From Actinomycetota bacterium (GTDB lineage: Bacteria; Margulisbacteria; Marinamargulisbacteria; GCA-2716485; GCA-002719695): a stretch of DNA of 64,000 bases. A model generated the notes under the pieces. That model was given only the letters and a program-made list of their open reading frames with translations, ran no database searches and had not been told where the DNA came from. Where the stretch lies: positions 5,796 to 69,795 of the forward strand of contig NZWE01000008.1 in NCBI GenBank assembly GCA_002697535.1. The letters run 5' to 3'. Positions 30,781 through 40,595 of the stretch are shown here, piece after piece (position 1 is the first letter of the stretch; every line of letters starts with the position of its first letter). Both the position numbers and the translations under genes were made by a program.

Positions 30781-31508
30781 TTGCACAATCCATACAATCT
30801 CAATTTTCTAACACGATATCTCAAAATTTATTTGCACACTCCTATTTATTTTATGGTATTAACGCTCTTGATTTAACTGATCTTTGTATTGGATTAATCA
30901 AAGATTATCTCAATCATCATCATGACTTCTCTTTACAGCCTGATGCCCCCCTCCCTCTTCATCCTGATATTCTCTTTCTAGAAACTGAATCATCTATCAA
31001 AATTGATCATATTAAACAGATACAAGATAAAATTAAATATGGCCCTTACCAACTGAACTATTTTTTTGTCGTTATTCCTAACTGCGACCTCTGTAGTCTT
31101 CAAGCGGCCAATGCTTTCTTAAAGACACTTGAGGAACCTATTGATAAGGTTGTTTTCTTTCTTACATCAGCTCATTTTCAATCTATTCTACCAACCATTC
31201 GCTCTCGATCGCTATGTGTTTATACACCCACTAGCTCCACTCATCATCTTGATGATGAGTTTCTCTCCTTTCATTCATTTCAATCTATGGATCTTAATAC
31301 TCGACTTAATTCCTGTATGGATCTGGCTAGTAATAAAACGCAACTTATTACTCAACTTCATAACTGGCTAACTGAATTAAATGATTATTCCATCGCTAAA
31401 AACACATCCAATCATATCTTAATTTTTAATCTACTAGAAACTCTTCAATATAACGTTAATGTTCGCTTGCAACTAGAAAATTTTAGTATTCAGCTACCTT
31501 TTGATTAG
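30777..31508 (+). CDS. holB: DNA polymerase III delta-prime-like subunit
   Basis: AHSYLFYG, CDLCSLQAANAFLKTLEEPIDKVVFFLTSAHFQSILPTIRSR. Confidence 0.8.
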   Translation: MIAQSIQSQFSNTISQNLFAHSYLFYGINALDLTDLCIGLIKDYLNHHHDFSLQPDAPLPLHPDILFLETESSIKIDHIKQIQDKIKYGPYQLNYFFVVIPNCDLCSLQAANAFLKTLEEPIDKVVFFLTSAHFQSILPTIRSRSLCVYTPTSSTHHLDDEFLSFHSFQSMDLNTRLNSCMDLASNKTQLITQLHNWLTELNDYSIAKNTSNHILIFNLLETLQYNVNVRLQLENFSIQLPFD

Positions 31509-31585
31509 ATCTCTTAGCTTTTATGTTAATCAATGTTACACTATTGAGATTAATGATAAAATAAACATCATTTGGAGTGTGTATT

Positions 31586-31783
31586 ATGGTTTTACAAGAA
31601 AGACGTGATGGGGAAACAATCGATTCCTTACTAAAAAAATTCAAGCGTGGTGTTAAACGTGAAGGCATCTTACCACGATTAAGAGAGAAGGAGTTTTTTG
31701 AAAAGCCTTCTGATAAAAAGAAACGTGATAAAAAAGCAGCTTCTAGACGTAATAAAATACAACAAAAGGCTGATGAACTTTAG
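31586..31783 (+). CDS. rpsU: 30S ribosomal protein S21
   Basis: ERRDGETIDSLLKKFKRGVKREGILPRLREKEFFEKPSDKKKR; start chosen at MVLQE. Confidence 0.9.
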   Translation: MVLQERRDGETIDSLLKKFKRGVKREGILPRLREKEFFEKPSDKKKRDKKAASRRNKIQQKADEL

Positions 31784-31803
31784 TTTCTTTTTTCTATGAT
31801 TTT

Positions 31804-32919
31804 ATGCTTAAAAAAGGGGTTTTAAAATTCATCCATTTACGAATATTAGATAAATATCTAATTCGGGAATTTTTTTACCCTTTTTTATTAGCTCTTTTTG
31901 GCTTTGCGATTATTGGTATTGTTGACATTTTATTTTATGTTGTTGAACTCTCTGTGTTATCGGGTGTTTCGCTTATAACTACGATTAAATTACTTCTTTA
32001 TAAACTTCCGGCTGTTATGGTTTTATTTTTTCCTATGGCTACCCTATTTGCTTGTATGCTTTTATTTGTTCGTATGGCAAAAGATAATGAATTAAGTGTT
32101 CTTAGAACATCAGGTATTCATGCGGCTCGTATTATTTTTCCTGTGATTATCATTGGTATTATCATTAGTTATTTTTCATATATGTTTAATGAAGCTATTG
32201 TACCGATGTCAAATCAAGCCGCTGATACTTTAATTAAGCGTGAGTTACGCCGATCTCCACCTCCTAATATTGCTGAAAATACGGTTTTTAATGATTCTGA
32301 TCGATTTTTTTATATAAAAACCATTCGTAATGATTCGATGGAAAATATTATGGTTATAGAAAAAACATTTCAAAACCCACGCTTAATTATTGCTAAGGAA
32401 GGATCATGGAAAGATTTTAAATGGACACTATTTGATGGAACCCTTCAAGAATTTGATGAAAATGGCCATTTAAAATATTCAAACAAATTTGACGAAATGA
32501 GAATTCATGTTCAACAAAATATTCGATCTTATTATTCACGTCAAAAAAAGGCCAAAGAAATGGATTCTAATGAATTAAAAGAAAAAATTGATCGGTTAGA
32601 TGAAAGTGGTTTAAGTTCAAACTATTATCAAATTGAATATCATCTTAAAAAAAGTTTGCCAACCACATGTTTAATCTTTGTATTACTGGGGATTGCCTAT
32701 TGTTTTAGTTTTGTACGTACAGGAAAAGACTGGTGGGGTGTTATAATTGCTATATGTGTTTCTGTTTTAACGGTTGGTTTATATTTTGTTTTGTTAGCTA
32801 TATCCCGAGCTTTTGCAAAAGGTGGGTTCATTTCCCCCATTGTTGGCGCGTGGTCTCCTAATCTTATTTATGGCACAATTGCAAGCTATCTAATTTATTA
32901 TCAATGCAAGTACAGGTAA
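31804..32919 (+). CDS. LptF/LptG-family LPS export permease
   Basis: ILDKYLIREFFYPFLLALFGF, PMATLFACMLLFVRMAKDNELSVLRTSG, SPNLIYGTIASYLIY. Confidence 0.88.
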   Translation: MLKKGVLKFIHLRILDKYLIREFFYPFLLALFGFAIIGIVDILFYVVELSVLSGVSLITTIKLLLYKLPAVMVLFFPMATLFACMLLFVRMAKDNELSVLRTSGIHAARIIFPVIIIGIIISYFSYMFNEAIVPMSNQAADTLIKRELRRSPPPNIAENTVFNDSDRFFYIKTIRNDSMENIMVIEKTFQNPRLIIAKEGSWKDFKWTLFDGTLQEFDENGHLKYSNKFDEMRIHVQQNIRSYYSRQKKAKEMDSNELKEKIDRLDESGLSSNYYQIEYHLKKSLPTTCLIFVLLGIAYCFSFVRTGKDWWGVIIAICVSVLTVGLYFVLLAISRAFAKGGFISPIVGAWSPNLIYGTIASYLIYYQCKYR

Positions 32920-35273
32920 GAAAGGAATCTACACTACCGTTTATCCTTAACCTTGTAAAACGCAAGCAATATTTAGAAGCTCTTGATCGCTATAAAGCAT
33001 ACTTAACTCATCATCCTGATCATTTAGCACTCATTTTAATTGATCTATATAAAACACTTTATCAAGATCTTAACGATATTAATATTAGGCTCATTATTTC
33101 AGAATTATATATTAAATATCATTATTTTTCTGATGCTTGTATTGAGCTTGAAGAAATGTTTGAAATTAATCCCAATTTTTCTCAAACTTACTTTTTGTTA
33201 AGTAAAGTTTATACTCAAAATATGGAAATAGATACTGTTTGTCGCTTATTTGAAGAAGCCTTTCAATCTGGTATTCGTGATTCTGTTATTCTTGATTTTT
33301 TACCAAAAATTTATCTTGATACAAATGATATCTTTAAAGCAATTTCATTTTATGAATCTCTTCTAGAAGAAAAGGATTGCCTTCCTCATCAAAATAAAGT
33401 TTTAGCAGAACTTTATAAACGTGTCGGTAAATATGAAAAATGTGTTTGTATTTATCAAGATCTTGTTAAATCTGACCCTCAATTTTTAAAAGATGCCTGT
33501 TTATTACTAGAAAATATTTTAGTGTCTCATGCTAACTTACATTTTGTTAGAGAAGCGCTCCTTCATTTTTATATTACTTCTTGTGAACCTGATCAAGCCA
33601 TTGAGCATCTTACTTTTTTATGTTCATCGGCTGATTTTTCTCTTCAAAAATCTCAACCTATCTTTTTGAAAGTTATTGAAATTTACCCTTCACATATTCC
33701 AACACTGTTACTTTATTGTGAATGCTTAATTAAGGAAGAATCCATTACTGATGCTATTCCTCTTTTATCTGAATTGGCTACTTATAATCAAGATACGTTT
33801 ATTGAAACCGCTATTAATCTTATTCGTGAATCAAATCCAAATCATTTTGGATTTAATTTATTTTTAATTAATCGATTTATTACTCTTAACAACTATCAAG
33901 CTGCTCTTGATATTATTTCTACTTTAATTGAATCTCATTATACTCATGATATTTTTGATGATTTAAAATCATCTTGTCTTCAAATTTGGGATTCTGAAAC
34001 ATCAACCATTAAAATTCAAGCTAGCTATAATCTCGCTTTAATCTTATTTCATGAAGAAAAGCTTATTGACTCTATTAACTACTGTAATAACTGCGGAGAT
34101 GATCATCTTGATGCGATATGCTTAAAAATCTCTATTTTAATCAAACAAGATAATCTGATTGAAGCTAAAAAACTTGCTCTTCATCATCTTAACCAACATA
34201 TCAATTCAAAAAAATTACATGAGTTAATGTACCTTATTCACCAAAAGAATACAGCCTTACAACATGCTCAAACATCTATCCATTCTTTTAATTCTATTAT
34301 CAGTGATTTATCTTTAGGTAATACACACGAGGCTATTGATACGATCCAGCAAATTGATTCTGATCATTTTGATTATAATATTGCTCAACTTCTATTAATC
34401 CGTTGCTTTTATACTGAACAAAAGATTGATCATTCGCTCAATATACTTAATCAACTATCCCCTTACCTACGTGAAAAGGTTCCTGACCTTTATATTGATT
34501 CCCTTTTCTTAACAGCCATTTGCTTATATACATTAGGCCACTTTGAAGATGCCTCTAATATGCTTAATCAAATTGAAGAAATTAATATATCTCATTCTTT
34601 TACAAAATCCATGAAACAATATTTATATCGTATACCCTTTTCACAACATAAAGGGTTTGCTATTACAGGATTAATCAATGTTTGGAATAATTCTATTACT
34701 TATACAGCCATTCAGAATCCCGAAGAAGCCTTATCATCAAAAACGACACAATCAACAATTAGTTTTGGACTTAATCATAATGAAAAAGCATGTTTATATA
34801 TGATCAGAAAAAATTATAATAGTGCGCATTCTGAATTTAATTTATCATTACAACTTGATCCCTCCTTAACTATTTCTTATTGTAATTATTCCTTATATTT
34901 TACAGAAACTAACTCTTATGAAGAGGCTTCTTCTTCTATTGATAAAGCCAAAGAATCTAATAAAAATTTGGATATTATTTTTATCAATGAAGGTCTGTTA
35001 TATTATAAACAAGGCAAGCTTCAAGATGCGCTTATTTCTTTTCAGGAAGCCATTCGACTTAATCCAAAAAATTTACATGCTCAGTTTAATTTAGCTATGA
35101 TTTACTTTTTAAATAATAATATCGAATTATGTTTTCAATACCTTAAATCGCTATTACCTTATGGCTTATTATTTATTCCTATTCATCAATTTCTACATTA
35201 TTTAGAAGATGATCCGTTTATTATATCCCATTGGATTTCTCCTCAAAAGAATTATGATGTCTCTATTTTATAA
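32904..35273 (+). CDS. Large TPR-repeat protein
   Basis: Multiple TPR-like helical repeats, e.g. LLYYKQGKLQDALISFQEAIRLNPKNLHAQFNLAM. Confidence 0.85.
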   Translation: MQVQVRKESTLPFILNLVKRKQYLEALDRYKAYLTHHPDHLALILIDLYKTLYQDLNDINIRLIISELYIKYHYFSDACIELEEMFEINPNFSQTYFLLSKVYTQNMEIDTVCRLFEEAFQSGIRDSVILDFLPKIYLDTNDIFKAISFYESLLEEKDCLPHQNKVLAELYKRVGKYEKCVCIYQDLVKSDPQFLKDACLLLENILVSHANLHFVREALLHFYITSCEPDQAIEHLTFLCSSADFSLQKSQPIFLKVIEIYPSHIPTLLLYCECLIKEESITDAIPLLSELATYNQDTFIETAINLIRESNPNHFGFNLFLINRFITLNNYQAALDIISTLIESHYTHDIFDDLKSSCLQIWDSETSTIKIQASYNLALILFHEEKLIDSINYCNNCGDDHLDAICLKISILIKQDNLIEAKKLALHHLNQHINSKKLHELMYLIHQKNTALQHAQTSIHSFNSIISDLSLGNTHEAIDTIQQIDSDHFDYNIAQLLLIRCFYTEQKIDHSLNILNQLSPYLREKVPDLYIDSLFLTAICLYTLGHFEDASNMLNQIEEINISHSFTKSMKQYLYRIPFSQHKGFAITGLINVWNNSITYTAIQNPEEALSSKTTQSTISFGLNHNEKACLYMIRKNYNSAHSEFNLSLQLDPSLTISYCNYSLYFTETNSYEEASSSIDKAKESNKNLDIIFINEGLLYYKQGKLQDALISFQEAIRLNPKNLHAQFNLAMIYFLNNNIELCFQYLKSLLPYGLLFIPIHQFLHYLEDDPFIISHWISPQKNYDVSIL

Positions 35274-37761
35274 AATTAGTATTCTTTTATTATTATGCAG
35301 CGTTTCTTGCTTAGGTCGTTCGATGACGTTAGTTAGCGACTCTCTTGTTTTTGACGATTATCTTAGACGTGTTGATGCAACTGGTAATGTTCGTTTAATT
35401 CTTGATGAGGCCACTATCATGGGTGATCATTTAATGTTTTATGTTGATGATAATATGGTTATTAGCTCAGGTAACGTATTGATTAAACGTAAGGATAATG
35501 AATTTAATTCAAGTTCTCTTATTATTAACTTAGATGAAAAAAAATTACATTTAAATGATATTAAAATTGGTATTACCCCCTTTGGACAAAAGGGGAAAAT
35601 TTATATCACTATTAAAAAACTTATTGATACCCAGCAACGTAAAAAGGGTTATTTTGCTCGTTTTACAACCTGTAATGCTATTAAACCTCATTACTACCTT
35701 TCGAGTTGGCGTTTTCTATATTACCCTGACAAAAGCATTCATTTATTTGCTTCTCATTTTCGAAATGATTTATCATTTTTTCCTTTTAATATTATTCCCT
35801 TCCCTGTTCCTTTAATAGAATGGATCCCTATTCCTTACTATTACTATCAACTAGGGAAACGAAAAATAGTATTAAATTTTCCGACTATTGGGGAGAAAAA
35901 AAATTCGGGTTGGGGTTTATTTGTTCAGAATAAACTTGATTATCGTTATCATAATGATAAAGAATCATCATTATTTTTAGATTGGTACCAGGCTAAAGGA
36001 AATCGATCAGGAGAATGGGGGTATGGTCTCCATCATTATTATGGCAATAATTCAATTAATGGCGATATATACTTCTATAATTATGATTACAAGCTGGGTA
36101 ATGATAATAAAAAAAACCTTACGTATAAACTGAATCAAGAACTTTCTTTTAAAGATACCACACTGAAAGCGAGTTATTCATTAGTTGATGTAGATGAACG
36201 TATTAATTCTACGGGATCGTCTCATTCTATTAATAAATCTGTTTCATTGGACCATTCTCCTAACTCGTTTCCTTTATCAACATCCTATAAAGAAAATCGT
36301 AATATTTCTAACCAGTTTCAATCACAAAATTTTATCTTTAAAAAAGATTCTTTGCATCAAAACTCCTCTTTCTCATTAGATAAAAAACATTACGCTAGTA
36401 CCAATCGTTATACGACTCAATCTAAGCTCTCTCATTCTATTACCTTTCCTTTTAATATTAACATCAAACAGGACTTTAATTTTAAGGAGTATGACTATCG
36501 TGATACAGAAAGCTCTCCGGAACAAACATTAACATATGCCTCTTCACTATCAACAACATTACCACATAATATTGCGATGTCTGTTCAGATGAATTATTTA
36601 TATGATTTAGATCAAGATAGTGTTACAAGTGATATTAAAAGTGGAGTTAATAACTATTTATATAAACTTCCTGAAATTAAATTTTCTCAAAATCAGACAT
36701 TCTTTAAATCAAAACCTATTTATACCTTTCAAACCAATTCTATCGCTAGTCTTGGTAACTATCGTGAAGTTCGTTATTTTGCTGATGATCCTGATTATTC
36801 CTTGCCAGAAACCCTTAATGTTCTTGAACCCAATATGTATTTTTTCCGTCAAAAGTTTTCTAAATCTGTTGCGTCCTTACCTGCATCATCTAAATTAACG
36901 TTTAGTTCAACTTATGAGCAATATATTTTTAAAAATGAACATAAATCTCTTTTTGAAGGAGATGCTCAATATAGTTTAAATTATAATATTGCCTTAACTT
37001 CAACATTTTTATCCTTTATAAAACATTCTTCATCTTATTCAAGACAACATGGGCATAAAGATAATAACTCTCCTTTTTATGCATTTAAAAAATCTTTGTC
37101 TGAAAGTAATCGTTTAACCGAAAAAATTACGTTGTTTTATAATAAGAAACGATCGATATTATTTCCTTTTACACTTGATTTTAACTGGGATCATAGCACC
37201 TCTTATAACTGGCTATTATCCTCAAATCCTTACTCTAATTATGTCTCAAAACTTACGATGTCACTTAACAAAGTTTATAAACTGACGGCACAATCATCTA
37301 AAAATCTTAATAGATCTTGGAAAAAAGATAATAATTTATTTACGCCGTTAATGCTTACATTAAGTGGTAAAACAAAAGATAAACTTAATTTTAATTATTC
37401 CTTACACTTAAACATGAATGATCTTGTTTTTGATCAAACCTATATTGTTAATAACTCTGATTTTAATTTTAATTTTCCTCTTGGTAAAAACCCTGATTTC
37501 CAATGGAAACTTAAAGGATATTTTAAATATATTGAGCCAGGAAAAGCATTGCAGCTAAAGCATTATCAATTTCAAAAATTTTCTATTATTAAGGATGAAC
37601 ATGAAAGACAAATTGAAATTGGGTATAATAAAACTATTAAAGAATTCTTTTTTAAATTTCATTTTAAAATGTTTTCAAAAGATCCATTGATTATACGTAA
37701 AACTAATAATGTTGTAAAATTTGAGGGTCGTCTTAATAAAAAATCACAAGAAAGGTTTTAA
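35251..37761 (+). CDS. lptD: LptD/OstA-like outer membrane LPS assembly protein
   Basis: Signal peptide, OstA-like N-terminal domain (DSLVFDDYLRRVDATGNVRLILDEATIMGDH), long beta-barrel region; linked to lptF/G-like gene. Confidence 0.75.
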   Translation: MMMSLFYKISILLLLCSVSCLGRSMTLVSDSLVFDDYLRRVDATGNVRLILDEATIMGDHLMFYVDDNMVISSGNVLIKRKDNEFNSSSLIINLDEKKLHLNDIKIGITPFGQKGKIYITIKKLIDTQQRKKGYFARFTTCNAIKPHYYLSSWRFLYYPDKSIHLFASHFRNDLSFFPFNIIPFPVPLIEWIPIPYYYYQLGKRKIVLNFPTIGEKKNSGWGLFVQNKLDYRYHNDKESSLFLDWYQAKGNRSGEWGYGLHHYYGNNSINGDIYFYNYDYKLGNDNKKNLTYKLNQELSFKDTTLKASYSLVDVDERINSTGSSHSINKSVSLDHSPNSFPLSTSYKENRNISNQFQSQNFIFKKDSLHQNSSFSLDKKHYASTNRYTTQSKLSHSITFPFNINIKQDFNFKEYDYRDTESSPEQTLTYASSLSTTLPHNIAMSVQMNYLYDLDQDSVTSDIKSGVNNYLYKLPEIKFSQNQTFFKSKPIYTFQTNSIASLGNYREVRYFADDPDYSLPETLNVLEPNMYFFRQKFSKSVASLPASSKLTFSSTYEQYIFKNEHKSLFEGDAQYSLNYNIALTSTFLSFIKHSSSYSRQHGHKDNNSPFYAFKKSLSESNRLTEKITLFYNKKRSILFPFTLDFNWDHSTSYNWLLSSNPYSNYVSKLTMSLNKVYKLTAQSSKNLNRSWKKDNNLFTPLMLTLSGKTKDKLNFNYSLHLNMNDLVFDQTYIVNNSDFNFNFPLGKNPDFQWKLKGYFKYIEPGKALQLKHYQFQKFSIIKDEHERQIEIGYNKTIKEFFFKFHFKMFSKDPLIIRKTNNVVKFEGRLNKKSQERF

Positions 37762-38447
37762 TGAAATACTTTATTATTGTTTTGTCTTTATTACTATTAA
37801 CAGGATGTGCTAGAACTATTTCGTCTGGTGGTGACGTTATTAATTTAGAATTTAAAATCTCCACACAAGGTCCTATCAATACTAGTAACACTATTTATCT
37901 TCTTGTTTTCTCATCAACTCAATTAATTCTTTCTGAAAAAGCAACCCTTGATGATTACTTTATCTTTCCTGGTAAATACTTTGACGATTCAAGATTAGCT
38001 ACTTTACCTGGTAAAGATATTAATTATTACTACACTTCTTATTTTAAATATTGGAAACAGTTTCTTTACCTGACTAATAATTCTATTGAACTTACTACAG
38101 CCTCTGCTAATAGTTTTGATGCTTCTATTGCCACTATTGAAGATCATCAATCTATTGAACCTTCTCAGGGCTTTGAAGGTATCCAGTCCATTCATGCAGA
38201 TACACTTACGATTACTGTTGATATTACCCAATTAGGTTACGAAGAATCTGATACCGTTTATTTTAGTATCTTAACATTTGAAAAAGATACTTCTTCAGAA
38301 GCTGGCATTATTAAAGATTTTTTAACGAATGATTCATCTCATGTGATTGATCTTACTAAAAATCAACTTAATTCTGGAAATAATTCTGAGAATACATCGC
38401 TTGATACTCACCACGACATTGTTCAATGGCAATACAGAGTTTATTAA
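37761..38447 (+). CDS. Lipoprotein, unknown function
   Basis: Lipobox MKYFIIVLSLLLLTGC. Confidence 0.65.
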   Translation: MKYFIIVLSLLLLTGCARTISSGGDVINLEFKISTQGPINTSNTIYLLVFSSTQLILSEKATLDDYFIFPGKYFDDSRLATLPGKDINYYYTSYFKYWKQFLYLTNNSIELTTASANSFDASIATIEDHQSIEPSQGFEGIQSIHADTLTITVDITQLGYEESDTVYFSILTFEKDTSSEAGIIKDFLTNDSSHVIDLTKNQLNSGNNSENTSLDTHHDIVQWQYRVY

Positions 38448-39937
38448 TTTTAATATCAGCGAGTTTATGCTTTTTAGCATTTCCTTCGTTTGATAGTTAT
38501 TGGCTTCAATGTATTTCATTAGTCCCCTTATTATTTGTCTTTCATAAATCGTACTTAAACTGTTTTCAGCTTCCTTATTTCACACAACTTCGAAATCTTT
38601 CTTTACTTGGTTTTATTTTTGGCTTAGTTTATATGGGATTGACTAACCTCTGGGTTTTTGAACTTATTGAATTTTCTAACCTCCCTAAGATTATTAGCTT
38701 GTTTATTATCTATACCATTTATGAAGCACTCTTTTTTGGACTGATTGCCTGTTGTTATCGATTGTGTCACTGTAAAGCGTTCTTACTCCCCTTTATTTGG
38801 ATCGTATTTGAATGGCTTAAATCATATGGACCCTATGGCTCTCCTAATGGTGTTTTAGGCTATAGCCAAGCTAATAATATCCTTATCAATCATTTTGCTA
38901 GTTTAGGGGGTGTTTATGCTGTCTCTTTTATCTGTGTTTTTATTAATAGTTTACTCTTTCTAACAATCTTATCCATCACCCAAAAACATCACCGTCGTTC
39001 TTTTTTGTATTTATTTACTATTATTTTAATATTATTTTCATCACATTTTTATCACCTCCCCTCTGCATCATCACCTCAGTCTTTTAATGTTGCTAGTGTA
39101 CAAGCTAATCATCCTATGCCATATAAATTTAAACGTAAAAATAGAGCTGCTATTCGACAAGATTATATTCAGATCTCACAAGATGCTATTAAACAGCATA
39201 AACTTGATCTTATTATCTGGCCTGAAACAATTACGGCTAGTTTAAATTTAAATTTTAAATCGCTGATGAGCCCTATCCAAACTATGACACAGCATGATAC
39301 AGCTTTTATCTTTGGCTCACCTCGTAAAGAAAATGGTCATTATTATAATACAGCAGCCTTTATTACTTCTAAGAATAGAGTTACCTACGATAAAATTCAA
39401 TTGATGCCTTTTGGTGAATATTGGCCACTAAAGCGTGTATTTCAATTTTTTAAGCTAGATAATATTATTCCAGGAAGCGAATTTACCCATGGAAAAACGC
39501 CAACCTTATTTGATCTTAATGCTATTCAAATAGCACCGATTATTTGTTTAGAATCTACTAATTCATGTTTATCTCGTACTTATGCTAACCAAGGTGCTGA
39601 TATTCTTGTTTCATTGGTTAATAATGCCTGGTTTAAAGGCAGCTCTATAGCAGCTAGACAACTACAAATGTTACAGTTTCGTTCTATCGAAGTAGGCTTA
39701 CCTAGTATACAATCCGCTAATATGGGCTTTACCTGTTTTATTAATGCTTCTGGTAAAATCACAGGCATATTAGATAAATATCAACAAGATTATCTATTTC
39801 AAAGCATTGATTGTGTGAGCATTAATACTCCATTTCGAAATTGGGGTAATGGTGTTGTGTTGGTAGCCTTTATAATTACTTTGGGCTATTTATTACGTAG
39901 TTATTACTACTATCTAATGGATAGGGGTAGGTTATAG
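38426..39937 (+). CDS. lnt: Apolipoprotein N-acyltransferase Lnt
   Basis: LIIWPETITAS, LMPFGEYWPLKRVF, PIICLESTNSCLSR, LVNNAWFKGSSIAARQLQMLQFRSIE. Confidence 0.9.
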   Translation: MAIQSLLILISASLCFLAFPSFDSYWLQCISLVPLLFVFHKSYLNCFQLPYFTQLRNLSLLGFIFGLVYMGLTNLWVFELIEFSNLPKIISLFIIYTIYEALFFGLIACCYRLCHCKAFLLPFIWIVFEWLKSYGPYGSPNGVLGYSQANNILINHFASLGGVYAVSFICVFINSLLFLTILSITQKHHRRSFLYLFTIILILFSSHFYHLPSASSPQSFNVASVQANHPMPYKFKRKNRAAIRQDYIQISQDAIKQHKLDLIIWPETITASLNLNFKSLMSPIQTMTQHDTAFIFGSPRKENGHYYNTAAFITSKNRVTYDKIQLMPFGEYWPLKRVFQFFKLDNIIPGSEFTHGKTPTLFDLNAIQIAPIICLESTNSCLSRTYANQGADILVSLVNNAWFKGSSIAARQLQMLQFRSIEVGLPSIQSANMGFTCFINASGKITGILDKYQQDYLFQSIDCVSINTPFRNWGNGVVLVAFIITLGYLLRSYYYYLMDRGRL

Positions 39938-39939
39938 AA

Positions 39940-39960
39940 CTGAAAACTAATTGTTTTCAG
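39940..39960. terminator. Candidate bidirectional terminator hairpin between convergent lnt and fliG-like genes
   Basis: ctgaaaac-taatt-gttttcag perfect 8-bp inverted repeat; AT-rich stem. Confidence 0.4.
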
Positions 39961-39968
39961 TTTGATGA

Positions 39969-40595
39969 TTAAAAATCAAAGTTTTCAACTTCAGTTTCTT
40001 GCTCTTGATTTGTCTCTGCTTGCTTTTTTTCTTCTTCAATCTCTTCTGCTGTTTTTAATACAATCAAATCAAATAATCGTTTAAATATACGTTCAGCCAT
40101 CGGCGTAGCTTCTACTTTACATGTTTGATACGCTGCTATTTTTTCGTCTGCCATATGTTCTTGGATAGCGTTTCCCAATTCTTCTTCAACATATTTAAAG
40201 AAAAATGCAATCATCTGGTTTTCTTGAGAACTCAAATGTGATGCTATGGTTTCTAATGACCGATAATTTTCCGGAAAGAGCTTCTCTTCTGGGATCACTT
40301 CTTCTTCCTCAGGTTCTTCTTCTCTATCTTCCATTTCTTCTTCTTTTTCTTCTTCTTCTTCTGAAAATAAATCGTCTTCACCACTATCTGATATTTCAAA
40401 TTCTTTTTCGCTAACTCCTTCTAATACTAATGTTAAAAACTCTCCCATTTCTTCATCATTAATCGTTGGTACATCATCTAAAGTTGAGGTTAATATGGTA
40501 GCACTTTCCTCTGATAAATGTTTTAAAACATCCGTACTCTTTTCTTCAATTAAACTAATTAATAATTGAGATTTTTGCTTTCCTGTTAAGTTCAT
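39969..40595 (-). CDS. FliG-like protein lacking the C-terminal motor domain
   Basis: LTGKQKSQLLISLIEEKSTDVLKHLSEE resembles FliG-N; SLETIASHLSSQENQMIAFFFKYVEEE resembles FliG middle domain; only 208 aa; directly after fliF. Confidence 0.65.
   Translation of the reverse strand: MNLTGKQKSQLLISLIEEKSTDVLKHLSEESATILTSTLDDVPTINDEEMGEFLTLVLEGVSEKEFEISDSGEDDLFSEEEEEKEEEMEDREEEPEEEEVIPEEKLFPENYRSLETIASHLSSQENQMIAFFFKYVEEELGNAIQEHMADEKIAAYQTCKVEATPMAERIFKRLFDLIVLKTAEEIEEEKKQAETNQEQETEVENFDF

Noticed and set aside
35555-36898. Several 60-90 aa plus-strand ORFs
   Set aside because: Out-of-frame products nested in the LptD-like gene, typical Leu/Ile-rich shadows in AT-rich DNA.
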